Shown here: one piece after another, positions 18,114 through 27,510 of the stretch
Numbering within the stretch: position 1 is the stretch's first letter
Layout of the letters: every line of letters starts with the position of its first letter
Assembly (NCBI GenBank): GCA_002328415.1
Contig: DCXL01000004.1
Location: 32,311-96,310 of the forward strand
Reading direction: 5' to 3'
Source of the DNA: Micavibrio sp. UBA2137
GTDB lineage: Bacteria > Pseudomonadota > Alphaproteobacteria > Micavibrionales > Micavibrionaceae
DNA: 64,000 bases
Position numbers and translations under genes: made by a program
Notes under the pieces: generated by a model
The model's input: only the letters and a program-made list of their open reading frames with translations
Databases searched by the model: none
Told to the model about the DNA's origin: nothing

Positions 18114-19426
18114 GTGTTCTCAAAGCCGATAAGCGGAAGAAGCACACCCATTTCAGGTCCATGATCCATGCCTGTGACAGCCTGGCGCAAGGGCATAAAG
18201 AGGTCGCGGCCTTTACGACCTGTTTTTTCTTTGAGTGTTGACGTCCATGTGCTCCATGTATTTTCATCCCACGGGGCAGGGGGCAAATTATCATTGGCCG
18301 TTGCAATATAGTCCGCATCCTCAATTTTTGGTGTCACAGGGCCATTTGTCACTTGCCACCATTCTTCAATATCCTTGAAACGCGACAGATTTGGGCGGAC
18401 AGCATTCCAGTAAGAGGCGTCAATATCACCCAGACCCATCTCAGATAGTCTGTCTTTGACGGCATCATAAGGTTTATCATGCAGGATTTTCGCATTTAAG
18501 CGGTTCAACTCTTCAACGTCAAATTTCGGTGTCCCGCGCGAAAACTTAGAGAAATCAAAGCTTTCAATAAGCGGTTTAAGTTCCGAAAACGGTTCAATCG
18601 GGTCAGAGGATCCTAAACGCGCCAAAAGTGAGGCAATTGCCATTGGCTCAAGCCCCTCGATATCGCGCAAATCCTTAATAGACATAGACCCAAGGCGTTT
18701 TGAGAGCTTGCCGCCCTCTGCATCAGAAATGAGCGGTAAATGAGCAAATTCAGGGACCTTTGCATCTAAAGCCTCAAACATTTGAATATGAAAGGCCGTA
18801 TTGGATACATGGTCCTCACCGCGTACAACGTGGGTTATTCCAAAATCGATATCATCAATGACCGAACATATATGGTAAAGCGGGCTGCCATCCTCGCGGA
18901 TAAGCACGGGGTCGGATAAAAGTGCGCCATCAAAGCTGACCTCGCCACGAATATTGTCAGTCCAGGTAATAGGTGTATGATTTAATTTAAAGCGCCAATG
19001 TGGTTGGCGGCCCTCGGCCTCATACTTCTTGATTTGTTCATCTGTCAAAGAAAGTGCAGCACGGTCGTAAATTGGTGGCTTTCCGCGCGCTAGTAAAGAT
19101 TTACGCTTAAGATTAAGCTCCTCGGAGGTTTCATAGCAGGGATAGAGCCTGTCTGCGGCCTTTAACTGGTCAATAACGGCGCTATAACGGTCCATACGGT
19201 CGCTTTGTCGTTTCTTATCGTCCCAGTCCATGCCCAGCCATGTGAGGGCATCCTCAATAGCGTCCTCATATTCTTTCTTGGATCGCTCCTGATCTGTGTC
19301 ATCCACGCGGAAGAGAAAATGTCCGCCTTCAGAGCGTGCAAAAAGCCACGTAATAAGCGCAGTGCGCAAATTACCAATATGAATCATACCAGTGGGTGAG
19401 GGGGCAAAACGTACGTGAACAGTCAT
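18092..19426 (-). CDS. gltX: Glutamate--tRNA ligase
   Basis: 444 aa. Class I signatures HIGNLRTAL (HIGH) and KLSKR (KMSKS). Confidence 0.95.
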   Translation of the reverse strand: MTVHVRFAPSPTGMIHIGNLRTALITWLFARSEGGHFLFRVDDTDQERSKKEYEDAIEDALTWLGMDWDDKKRQSDRMDRYSAVIDQLKAADRLYPCYETSEELNLKRKSLLARGKPPIYDRAALSLTDEQIKKYEAEGRQPHWRFKLNHTPITWTDNIRGEVSFDGALLSDPVLIREDGSPLYHICSVIDDIDFGITHVVRGEDHVSNTAFHIQMFEALDAKVPEFAHLPLISDAEGGKLSKRLGSMSIKDLRDIEGLEPMAIASLLARLGSSDPIEPFSELKPLIESFDFSKFSRGTPKFDVEELNRLNAKILHDKPYDAVKDRLSEMGLGDIDASYWNAVRPNLSRFKDIEEWWQVTNGPVTPKIEDADYIATANDNLPPAPWDENTWSTWTSTLKEKTGRKGRDLFMPLRQAVTGMDHGPEMGVLLPLIGFENTKKRLQS

Positions 19427-19516
19427 AATAATGTCTTTTTTTCTTTAAATTTTAGACGCTAAACGTCTCATAGAGTTACGCGCTTTCGGAGGTGTTTTCA
19501 ACGATAAACTCATGGA

Positions 19517-21121
19517 TTAGCCTGTAAATCTGTTTGTGAGGGGCATGCGCCAATCACGTCCAAAGGACATCGCAGTAAGCTTAGGCCCAGGGGCTGCCTG
19601 CCTACGCTTATATTCAGAGCGTTGGAGCAGCTTATAGATACGCGTAATTTCATCCTTGCTTAGAGTGCTCTCCTCAATTTCAGCAGGCGTTTTGCGCTCC
19701 TCGATAAATGCCTTGAGAAGCATGTCGAGTACATTATAGGACGGCAGGCTGTCTGTATCCTTTTGGTTGTCACGCAGTTCGGCCGTTGGTGGCTTGGTAA
19801 TGATGGTCGCGGGAATAGCTGGGCCTTGTGTATTACGCCAATGTGAGAGCGCGACAACATCTGTCTTATACAAATCCTTAAGTGGAGCAAAAGCACCAGA
19901 CATGTCCCCGTAAAGCGTTGTGTAACCCACGGCAATTTCGGATTTATTGCTTGTGGAGAGCAGTAATGCGCCGCTGTGGTTTGATTGCGCCATCAAGAGG
20001 AGCGCACGTAGGCGTGCCTGCATATTCTCATGTGGAAGACCCTCCATATTTGGAAACATGTCCTCAAAGGCACTCGTATATGCGGCAAGGGGCAGATTTT
20101 CACATGGAATCCCAAGCGCATTAGCGCAGTCTTGCGCATCTTTAAGGGATTGCTCCGATGAAAAGCGCGAGGGTAGGAAGAAGGCCTTTACATGTTCTGC
20201 CCCCAATGCGTCAACGGCAACTACGGCGGTCAGCGCACTATCTATCCCGCCAGAAAGCCCAAGAAGAACAGATGAAAAGCCGTTCTTAACAACATAATCA
20301 CGCAAACCCATTTTAATGGCGCTGTAGAGACTTTCCTCGCGGCTGGTTTTATCCACAAGCAGATTCGGTGCATTACCATTCTCTAAATTATCCGTTGAGA
20401 GTGAAAGGGTTTGCGCTGTAAAGGCAGGAATAAGGTTAGTAAAATTGCCGTTTCTATCGATCATGTGTGCGCCACCATCAAAGATGAGTTCGTCCTGTCC
20501 GCCAAGCAGATTCAGCGCAAGGTGCGGCAGTTTAGTCTCGGTGAAACGATTCTGCATAATGACTTCACGTTGTACGGCTTTTGTTTCTGTGTAAGGGCTG
20601 GCGCTTACAGTTATCAAAAATTCTGCGCCATCCTGTTTGAGTTTTTCTGCAACATCGGATAGCCACATATCCTCGCATATCATGAACCCAATGCGATGGC
20701 CTTTAAAAGTGGCGCATTGTGGCGTGTTTCCTGTCTTAAAGTAGCGCTTTTCATCAAAAACACCGTAATTGGGCAATTCCACTTTACGATGTGTATGAAT
20801 GATCTTTCCGCCCTCACACAGATGCACACTGTTATAAAGGGTGTCTCCTTCGCGTTCAGGCACAGGTAGTAGAAAGGCAGGGAGCTCGCGTGTGCTTTCA
20901 AGAAGTGTTTCAATCTGGCCTTCTATCTGCATTATAAAGCCAGGTACATTGAGCAAATCTTCTGGTGGGTAGCCGCATAAGAATAACTCAGGAAAAATAA
21001 CTAAGTCAGTTTTTCCATCATGTTCTTCTAAACAGGAGAGCATCTGCGAGGCATTGCCTTTAATGTCGCCAACAACGGGGTTGAGGCAGGCAAGGGTTAC
21101 AGTGAGGGGTTTTGCGCTCAT
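19517..21121 (-). CDS. nadE: Glutamine-dependent NAD+ synthetase
   Basis: N-terminal CN-hydrolase domain (FPELFLCGYPPEDL, MICEDMW) plus C-terminal NAD synthase (GLSGGIDSAL). Start set at the ATG at 21121 (MSAKPLTV...), because the longer track ORF to 21313 overlaps gor. Confidence 0.9.
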   Translation of the reverse strand: MSAKPLTVTLACLNPVVGDIKGNASQMLSCLEEHDGKTDLVIFPELFLCGYPPEDLLNVPGFIMQIEGQIETLLESTRELPAFLLPVPEREGDTLYNSVHLCEGGKIIHTHRKVELPNYGVFDEKRYFKTGNTPQCATFKGHRIGFMICEDMWLSDVAEKLKQDGAEFLITVSASPYTETKAVQREVIMQNRFTETKLPHLALNLLGGQDELIFDGGAHMIDRNGNFTNLIPAFTAQTLSLSTDNLENGNAPNLLVDKTSREESLYSAIKMGLRDYVVKNGFSSVLLGLSGGIDSALTAVVAVDALGAEHVKAFFLPSRFSSEQSLKDAQDCANALGIPCENLPLAAYTSAFEDMFPNMEGLPHENMQARLRALLLMAQSNHSGALLLSTSNKSEIAVGYTTLYGDMSGAFAPLKDLYKTDVVALSHWRNTQGPAIPATIITKPPTAELRDNQKDTDSLPSYNVLDMLLKAFIEERKTPAEIEESTLSKDEITRIYKLLQRSEYKRRQAAPGPKLTAMSFGRDWRMPLTNRFTG

Positions 21122-21128
21122 AGGGTTG

Positions 21129-22508
21129 TCAACCTGAGGGGATACTTTCTTGATACATCGTGACCAGTTCCTCGGCAGAAGTTGGGTGAATGGCCATAGT
21201 TGCATCAAAATCAGCCTTTGTCGCGCCCGCCTGCAAGGCTGTTGCAAAGCCCTGAATGATTTCAGGTGTGTCGCGTCCAAGTAAATGAATGCCAAGTACC
21301 TTGTCTGTGTCACGACAAACTATCAATTTCATCATTGTCTTTTCCTCACGCTTGGAAATCGTATGGATCATTGGCGTGAAAGTTGTTCTAAAGATTTTAA
21401 CATCGTAGCCTTTTTTAACGGCATCTTCCTCGGATAGGCCGACCGTGCCGATCGGTGGTTGGGAGAATATGGCCGTTGCAATATGGTCATAATTGACAGT
21501 TCTGTTTTTAACATGGTCACTGCCAAACAGGCGGTCGGCCAGTACATGACCCTCAACAATAGCTACAGGAGTTAGCTTGATCGTGCTGGTGACGTCACCC
21601 ACCGCAAAGATGTTATCGATATTTGTCTGGAAATGTTGATCGACAATGATTTCACCATTCTTGGAGGTTGTAACACCGGCCTTATCAAGTCCAAGTTTTT
21701 CTGTGTGAGGGATACGCCCGACAGCGGCAAAAAAAGTATCACATTTAAGCGTTTTCCCATTATCCAAATGAACAATCGTTTTGTTGTCGTCTTTTGAGAG
21801 TTTCTCAACGGCAGTTTCAAAATGAAGCGTCACATTTTGTTTTTTCATTTCTTGGGCAAGTCCAAGGCGTAAGTCATCGTCAAAGCCTCTTAAAAACATA
21901 GGTCCATGATAGATTATCTCCACATCACAGCCCATGCCCTGCAAGATATGCGCAAATTCAACAGCGACGTAGCCGCCGCCATAGATGATGGTTTTGCCAG
22001 GATGTGAAGGCAGGTGAAAGACATCATCTGACACAATCGCATGTTCATGGCCAGGTATTGCAAGGCAGCGCGGTTTTCCGCCAACAGCAATCAAAATTTT
22101 ATCAGCTGTAATGGTTTCCTTACCGTCAATTTCGAGAGTGTGTGCGTCAACAAAACGAGCATATCCTTCGAAAATATCGACATTATTCTGTTTGAGTATT
22201 TTCTCATAAATTGCATTTAGTCTATTGATTTCCTTGTCTTTATTATCGATTAAAGTGCACCAGTCGAATGTTTTTTTATCTGTGGTCCATCCGTAATTAA
22301 CGGCGTCTTCTATGGCATGGCCTAGGTCGGCAGCATAGGACATAAGCTTTTTAGGCACACAACCCAAATTTACACATGTTCCACCCCATTGAGAGGATTC
22401 CGCTATACCAACTTTTGCGCCGTGCTGGGCCGCTATACGTGCGGAACGCACACCACCTGAACCGCCACCAATCACAAAATAATCATAATCGTATCGTCTT
22501 TGGGTCAT
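21129..22508 (-). CDS. gor: Glutathione-disulfide reductase
   Basis: 459 aa. FAD motif GGGSGG, redox-active GGTCVNLGCVPKK, C-terminal HPTSAEELVTM. Confidence 0.9.
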   Translation of the reverse strand: MTQRRYDYDYFVIGGGSGGVRSARIAAQHGAKVGIAESSQWGGTCVNLGCVPKKLMSYAADLGHAIEDAVNYGWTTDKKTFDWCTLIDNKDKEINRLNAIYEKILKQNNVDIFEGYARFVDAHTLEIDGKETITADKILIAVGGKPRCLAIPGHEHAIVSDDVFHLPSHPGKTIIYGGGYVAVEFAHILQGMGCDVEIIYHGPMFLRGFDDDLRLGLAQEMKKQNVTLHFETAVEKLSKDDNKTIVHLDNGKTLKCDTFFAAVGRIPHTEKLGLDKAGVTTSKNGEIIVDQHFQTNIDNIFAVGDVTSTIKLTPVAIVEGHVLADRLFGSDHVKNRTVNYDHIATAIFSQPPIGTVGLSEEDAVKKGYDVKIFRTTFTPMIHTISKREEKTMMKLIVCRDTDKVLGIHLLGRDTPEIIQGFATALQAGATKADFDATMAIHPTSAEELVTMYQESIPSG

Positions 22509-23512
22509 TGGGTCGAATCTGCCTTTTCTTTTAGTGTCTTTTTGATAAATGTGCCAAGTGCCTTCTCATCAGAAAATCCTATTTTAACGGGCAAAACATC
22601 TATATGTTCTAAGGTAGTACGATGGGACAGTCTGACAAAGTCTTTTTCGGTTGTAATAAGGCGCGCGCCTTTCTCAGTGGCCTGTTTTTCAAGTGTAGCA
22701 ATGTCGGAGGCTGTAAAGCTGTGATGGTCGGCAAAATCCACAAAATCAATGATGTTCAAGCCACATTCCTTGAGCGTGCTAAGGAAACGCTCTGGGCGTG
22801 CAATGCCTGCAAAGGCGATATAGGGCGTTTCTTTGTTAATGGTTTGAGTTATATCGGCCTCAAGTTGTGCGTGGAAGAGGGGTTTATCCTGAGGAAGTGT
22901 CTCTTTTATATTATGCTTGTCATCACCCACGATGATGAAGGCATTGCTCATCTCAAATCCGCGTTCAAGCGATGTACGCAGTGGCCCAGCGGGCAGTAAT
23001 TTACCATTACCAAAGCCATCTTGGCCATTTATCACCGTAAAGATAATGTTTTTATGCAGACTAGGGTTTTGTACACCATCATCCATGATAATGAGGTCAT
23101 GATTATGCTTTTCAGCTAGTTTTGCGCCTTGCGCACGGTCACTTGATTTAATGGCCATGCCGTGTCGTGCCAGGAGAAGCGCCTCGTCCCCCCAAGAAGA
23201 CGCTGCACCATCAGACTTGACCAGCTCAGGGCCAGTGACAGAGCCACCATAGCCACGTGTGAGAAAGGCAGGATCAAGTGCAATAGCGTTTTCGATAATG
23301 AGCTTGCGCAACGCAATAGCTGTTGGTGTTTTACCAGCCCCACCACTTGTCAGGTTACCAATACAGATGACAGGAAGTTTGGAGCGTATCGTTGCGCGGG
23401 CCTTTGTTGCGCGCACGCAGGCATCAGCCGCGGCGTAAACATACGATAAAGGCGACAACAAAGTTGCCGTAAGAGATTTTTCTTTGTACCAGAAGGCGGG
23501 GGTTTTTAGCAT
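22505..23512 (-). CDS. lpxK: Tetraacyldisaccharide 4'-kinase
   Basis: 335 aa. P-loop GNLTSGGAGKTP, family-typical RGYGG and DDG motifs. ATGA overlap with the gor start. Confidence 0.9.
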   Translation of the reverse strand: MLKTPAFWYKEKSLTATLLSPLSYVYAAADACVRATKARATIRSKLPVICIGNLTSGGAGKTPTAIALRKLIIENAIALDPAFLTRGYGGSVTGPELVKSDGAASSWGDEALLLARHGMAIKSSDRAQGAKLAEKHNHDLIIMDDGVQNPSLHKNIIFTVINGQDGFGNGKLLPAGPLRTSLERGFEMSNAFIIVGDDKHNIKETLPQDKPLFHAQLEADITQTINKETPYIAFAGIARPERFLSTLKECGLNIIDFVDFADHHSFTASDIATLEKQATEKGARLITTEKDFVRLSHRTTLEHIDVLPVKIGFSDEKALGTFIKKTLKEKADSTQ

Positions 23513-23531
23513 GCTTTTATCCCTGCGCTTT

Positions 23532-24839
23532 CTATCGCTTTACAGGCAGTCGATAGACATGATTTATTTTTAAGAATAACGGCTCAAGTTCAAAAAGCAC
23601 ATCCTTAATGACGTTGGCCTTCTTATCGGCAAAGTGCCCGCCGTTATCACGCAAGGTCTCGCGCGCGACCGTGTCCTCGAAATAACGCTCTAGCGTTGGT
23701 GCCACTTGAGCCTTATCGGGCACAATTTCAAGGGCATCATGAGCCACCATCTGTTCGACAAGGTTTGTTTGGTTTTGATAGTTCGGTCCAATAAAGGTTG
23801 CACAATCAAGAAGCGCGGCCTCAATAGGGTTGTGCCCACCGCCACCATCATCACTGAAAGTGCGTCCAATAAAGGCAATCGCGCTTAATTTATAAAATAA
23901 GCCCAGTTCCCCAAGTGTGTCAGCGATGTAAACCTGCGTTTTCTTTGTAATATCAGGTTTTTGCGTGCGTAATTGCATATTTAATGATGTGCCCTCAAGA
24001 TTTTTGAGGATGTCGTCTCTGCGCTCTGGATGGCGCGGCACAATGATTGTGAGAAGGTCTGGGTAGGCTTTTAGTAAGCTTTCATGCGTTTCAACACATA
24101 GTTCTTCCTCACCCTTGTGCGAGCTGGCAAAAACCCAAGTGGGGCGTTTTCCAATTTGTTTTTTAAGATCTGCTAGCTCCTTCTCATCATATGTGAGCGG
24201 GTCAGAGCTAAACTTCAAATTGTCTGTAACAACGCAGCGATGTGCGCCCAAATCATCAAACCAGTCCTTATGTTCCTGTGTTTGAGCCAGAATAACATCA
24301 AACACGCCCAACATCTGCGCCGCATCAGAGCCAATTTTTTTCCAGCGTTTATAAGAGCGCGGTGACATGCGCGCATTCACAAGGGCGCAGGGAATGTGGT
24401 GACGCTTTAAAAGGCGCAGCATATTGGGCCAAAGTTCGGATTCCATCCAGAAGGCCGCATTGGGCTTCCAATGGTCAAAAAAGGCACGTACCCAGTCTGG
24501 ATGATCAATAGGGGCATATTGATGCACGGCATTGTCAGGCAAACGCTTCATCATAAGAGTTGCCGATGTGACCGTGACAGTTGTGACCACAAAGGATATA
24601 CGTGATTTATCAAGGTAAGTGTTAAGCGCATCAATAAGGGTGAGCGCTGATTGTGCCTCGCCAACGCTTGCCGCATGGACCCAGAAGACGTCTCGATTAG
24701 GACGCGCAACACTGCTTATGCCACGGCGTTCGGAAAGACGATCAGGGTCTTCTTTACCTTTAGCAACACGATGCTGCAGATAATAATTTAAAAACGGCTT
24801 CGAATGTCGGATAGCCTTGCGATAGATGCGTAAATACAT
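23532..24839 (-). CDS. waaA: 3-deoxy-D-manno-octulosonic acid (Kdo) transferase
   Basis: 435 aa. WVHAASVGEA motif and a GT-B C-terminal region (GGHNPIEAA). Confidence 0.9.
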   Translation of the reverse strand: MYLRIYRKAIRHSKPFLNYYLQHRVAKGKEDPDRLSERRGISSVARPNRDVFWVHAASVGEAQSALTLIDALNTYLDKSRISFVVTTVTVTSATLMMKRLPDNAVHQYAPIDHPDWVRAFFDHWKPNAAFWMESELWPNMLRLLKRHHIPCALVNARMSPRSYKRWKKIGSDAAQMLGVFDVILAQTQEHKDWFDDLGAHRCVVTDNLKFSSDPLTYDEKELADLKKQIGKRPTWVFASSHKGEEELCVETHESLLKAYPDLLTIIVPRHPERRDDILKNLEGTSLNMQLRTQKPDITKKTQVYIADTLGELGLFYKLSAIAFIGRTFSDDGGGGHNPIEAALLDCATFIGPNYQNQTNLVEQMVAHDALEIVPDKAQVAPTLERYFEDTVARETLRDNGGHFADKKANVIKDVLFELEPLFLKINHVYRLPVKR

Positions 24840-24904
24840 GCGCGCACTATACTATTGCCAAGTTCAAATGGCGAGTAGTGTGGCGATATTTTTATAATTT
24901 ATTT

Positions 24905-25711
24905 TTAATTGGCAATAGGTGCACAGTCATTAGATGAATCACATGCAGTGCCAGGGCGCGAGACACAGTAATAACTATCACCTGTGGTCTCTACTTTCAT
25001 ACACTCACCCTCGGGAGGTAACTTGGATTGAACAGGCTCTGATACGCGCTCCACTGAGCGATATTCAGGGGCATCGTAGTCAAATACGTTCCCTAATATG
25101 CCCTGTAAACCGCCGCCAATACCGCCAGCAGCACCGCCAATAGCTCCTGCAACTGCGCCACCACCTGCGACAACCTCAAACGGAATATTCTGTCCAAGAG
25201 TGTTTTTGTAGAGGTTCTCGATTCCATTACATTCTGAGAACCCGCCAAATCCTGCAAGGTTACCAATCAAACCAACAACAGAGCTAGGGTCACTCATTGG
25301 GTTACTGGACAAAAAGGTTGCAAGTGTTGCAAGTGTTCCTTCGGACAAAACCGCATCCATTGTCTGGTCGCATTTAATGTCGTTACAAAAATCTTCAACG
25401 TTATCACTGAAGCTTTCGCCGGCTGTTTTACCACCAGAAAGGAGTTGTTCACCTAAACATGTTGTATCGGCCGCACTTTGATGTGGCTGGTAGACCCCTC
25501 GAATAACTTCATGATCGCGCGAAGCCTTGTTATATTTAGTATTTTCCAAATTTTCACGGACTTCTGGAATGCATGTCTCAGAAGATGTTCCTCCGCCAGA
25601 AGCAGCGCCGCCTCCAGAAGGGGGTGGGTTGCTTGTTGCAAAGGCATTTGAAATACAGAAGAGTGTCGCAAAGAGACAAATCGTCAAACCATGAAAGATG
25701 CTTTTAGTCAT
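24905..25711 (-). CDS. Hypothetical secreted Cys-rich protein with a glycine-zipper segment
   Basis: 268 aa. Signal peptide ...CISNAFA, nine Cys in the mature part, and GGGAVAGAIGGAAGGIGGGLQGILG. No family recognised. Confidence 0.5.
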   Translation of the reverse strand: MTKSIFHGLTICLFATLFCISNAFATSNPPPSGGGAASGGGTSSETCIPEVRENLENTKYNKASRDHEVIRGVYQPHQSAADTTCLGEQLLSGGKTAGESFSDNVEDFCNDIKCDQTMDAVLSEGTLATLATFLSSNPMSDPSSVVGLIGNLAGFGGFSECNGIENLYKNTLGQNIPFEVVAGGGAVAGAIGGAAGGIGGGLQGILGNVFDYDAPEYRSVERVSEPVQSKLPPEGECMKVETTGDSYYCVSRPGTACDSSNDCAPIAN

Positions 25712-25822
25712 ACTGTGATATTCCCCACTTCAAACTCAATTTCCCCACTAGACTATCTTCTATTGTAATAAAAGACGAGGCGTTTTTGCAAACTTTTGTG
25801 ATAAAAGGCCTATATTCGATTG

Positions 25823-26593
25823 TTATAAAACACGCTTTTGCCCAAAAACATTATGAACTGCTTGCTCTGCCTTGAGTGCAACACTTTTGCGATCATCCTC
25901 TGACGTGGGCAAAAAGGGCGCGTGAAATGTAAGTTTTACAGTCGCTCCCTTTGATTTTGCAAAGCTCCAGAGGTGGGGTGCTAAATCCATATCCCCATAC
26001 CACGCATAGAGATCGCGCTGCTTTTGTGTTGTAATCCCCATGTTTTCAATAGCCACAAGCGATAGGGATACAGGCTGAATAGGAATTTTTTCCTTACCTG
26101 CACATATTTCAAAGAAATTCGAGCGGAAAGCAATGGCGTGGTCTCCCTCTGTTGATGTGCCCTCAGGAAATAAAATTAAGCGCCTTTTGTGGTCTGTGTA
26201 CCCCTGAAGCCCTTGCATTTCGGCCTTTGCAGCGGTTAGGCGGCGATCAATAAAGGCTGTGTTTTGTAGTTTGGAGAGGAATCCAAAGACGGGCCAGCCT
26301 GCCACTTCCTTTTTGGCAATAAAGCACGCGACAAGCCGTGAGCCTAAAACGGGGATATCAAGATAAGAGAAATGGTTGACGGCATAAAGGAGCGGGCGGG
26401 CCGTATCAATGTTACCTTCAACCTGAACCTTAATTCGAAAAATAAAACAAATGCCCTTGTGCCACAAATAGGGCAGGGCATGGACAACCTGATTTCTGAA
26501 AATGAGTTTAACAAGTAATTGTGGCGGAACACAGAGTAAGCACCACAGAAGAAAGGCGCAGATTTTTAGGAAAGCGATGCTCGAGCGTATCAT
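25823..26593 (-). CDS. Lysophospholipid/lyso-ornithine-lipid acyltransferase (PlsC family, OlsA-like)
   Basis: 256 aa. NHFSYLD (HX4D) and FPEGTS motifs. ATGA overlap with the upstream OlsB-like gene. Confidence 0.75.
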   Translation of the reverse strand: MIRSSIAFLKICAFLLWCLLCVPPQLLVKLIFRNQVVHALPYLWHKGICFIFRIKVQVEGNIDTARPLLYAVNHFSYLDIPVLGSRLVACFIAKKEVAGWPVFGFLSKLQNTAFIDRRLTAAKAEMQGLQGYTDHKRRLILFPEGTSTEGDHAIAFRSNFFEICAGKEKIPIQPVSLSLVAIENMGITTQKQRDLYAWYGDMDLAPHLWSFAKSKGATVKLTFHAPFLPTSEDDRKSVALKAEQAVHNVFGQKRVL

Positions 26594-27444
26594 GCTTGCG
26601 CAGAAACCTTCTCAAGTGGTGGGATGCTAGTAAAGATATGTTCAGCAACGGTTTTCTGCGTCGTGCGCTCGTAATGCTTTAGATACTTATCACGGACATA
26701 GCTGGTGGGAAGCGTAATAAAGACATCGACTGTATTAAAATCATAATCAATAACCGCGCCATCCCCAATTTTTGCGCCAATACGCAAATAACCCTTAATG
26801 AGAGGCGGTAATTTTTGAAACACTTCAGCCTCGTTAATCTGGTCTTTTGGCATCAAATTCATGTCTGTGTAGCGCTCAGGTAGAGCTTTCACACACAAAT
26901 CTGCAGGAGCCTTGTGGAAGTGGTGCAAGTAAGAAAGTTCTTCTTTTAGCTTGTTAGGGTCAGTCCCATGAAGACTGGCGCATCCAAAGGTAAGTCCAAT
27001 TTCATTGTCAAAGACATAATAGGCAATGCCCTTCCAAAGCAATTGAAGCACGGCACGTGTACGATACTCCTCAAGAACACAGGAACGCCCTAGTTCAAGC
27101 ATACTAACGCTTTTGCCTTTTAAAAGGCTAATGTCATATTCATCAGAGGAGTAAAATTGACCAACCTGATCAGCGGCCTCCTGATTAATCATGCGGTAGG
27201 TGCCGACAATCTGGGTTTCAGCTGTTTTACCGCGATTAGGATCAACAACAATCAAATGCTTAGCGGCTGCGTCGTATTTATCAAAATCGCGTTTTTGGTT
27301 TGCAACATCTGGGCTTGGTTTGGCCTGATGTTCCTCGTAAAAAACCTTGTATCGCAGACGTTGGGCAGCAATGACCTCGTCTTCAGTTTCGGCAAGTCTG
27401 ACGTGGATATCGTTTTGATCACCTGATAATGCTTCTATACTCAT
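26590..27444 (-). CDS. GNAT-family N-acyltransferase (OlsB-like, ornithine lipid synthesis)
   Basis: 284 aa. RLRYKVFYEE..., ELGRSCV and the overall hemolysin-like GNAT pattern. Operon pairing with a PlsC-family gene matches olsBA. Confidence 0.7.
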   Translation of the reverse strand: MSIEALSGDQNDIHVRLAETEDEVIAAQRLRYKVFYEEHQAKPSPDVANQKRDFDKYDAAAKHLIVVDPNRGKTAETQIVGTYRMINQEAADQVGQFYSSDEYDISLLKGKSVSMLELGRSCVLEEYRTRAVLQLLWKGIAYYVFDNEIGLTFGCASLHGTDPNKLKEELSYLHHFHKAPADLCVKALPERYTDMNLMPKDQINEAEVFQKLPPLIKGYLRIGAKIGDGAVIDYDFNTVDVFITLPTSYVRDKYLKHYERTTQKTVAEHIFTSIPPLEKVSAQA

Positions 27445-27510
27445 GGGGAAACCTTAATCATATCAGGGCAGGCTTTTCTAGTAATAAGTTCAAAATATCA
27501 AAGTTCTGCG

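Noticed and set aside
21122-21313. N-terminal extension of the nadE ORF (598 aa version)
   Set aside because: It overlaps the 3' end of gor by ~185 nt in another frame. The conserved CN-hydrolase domain starts right after the Met at 21121.
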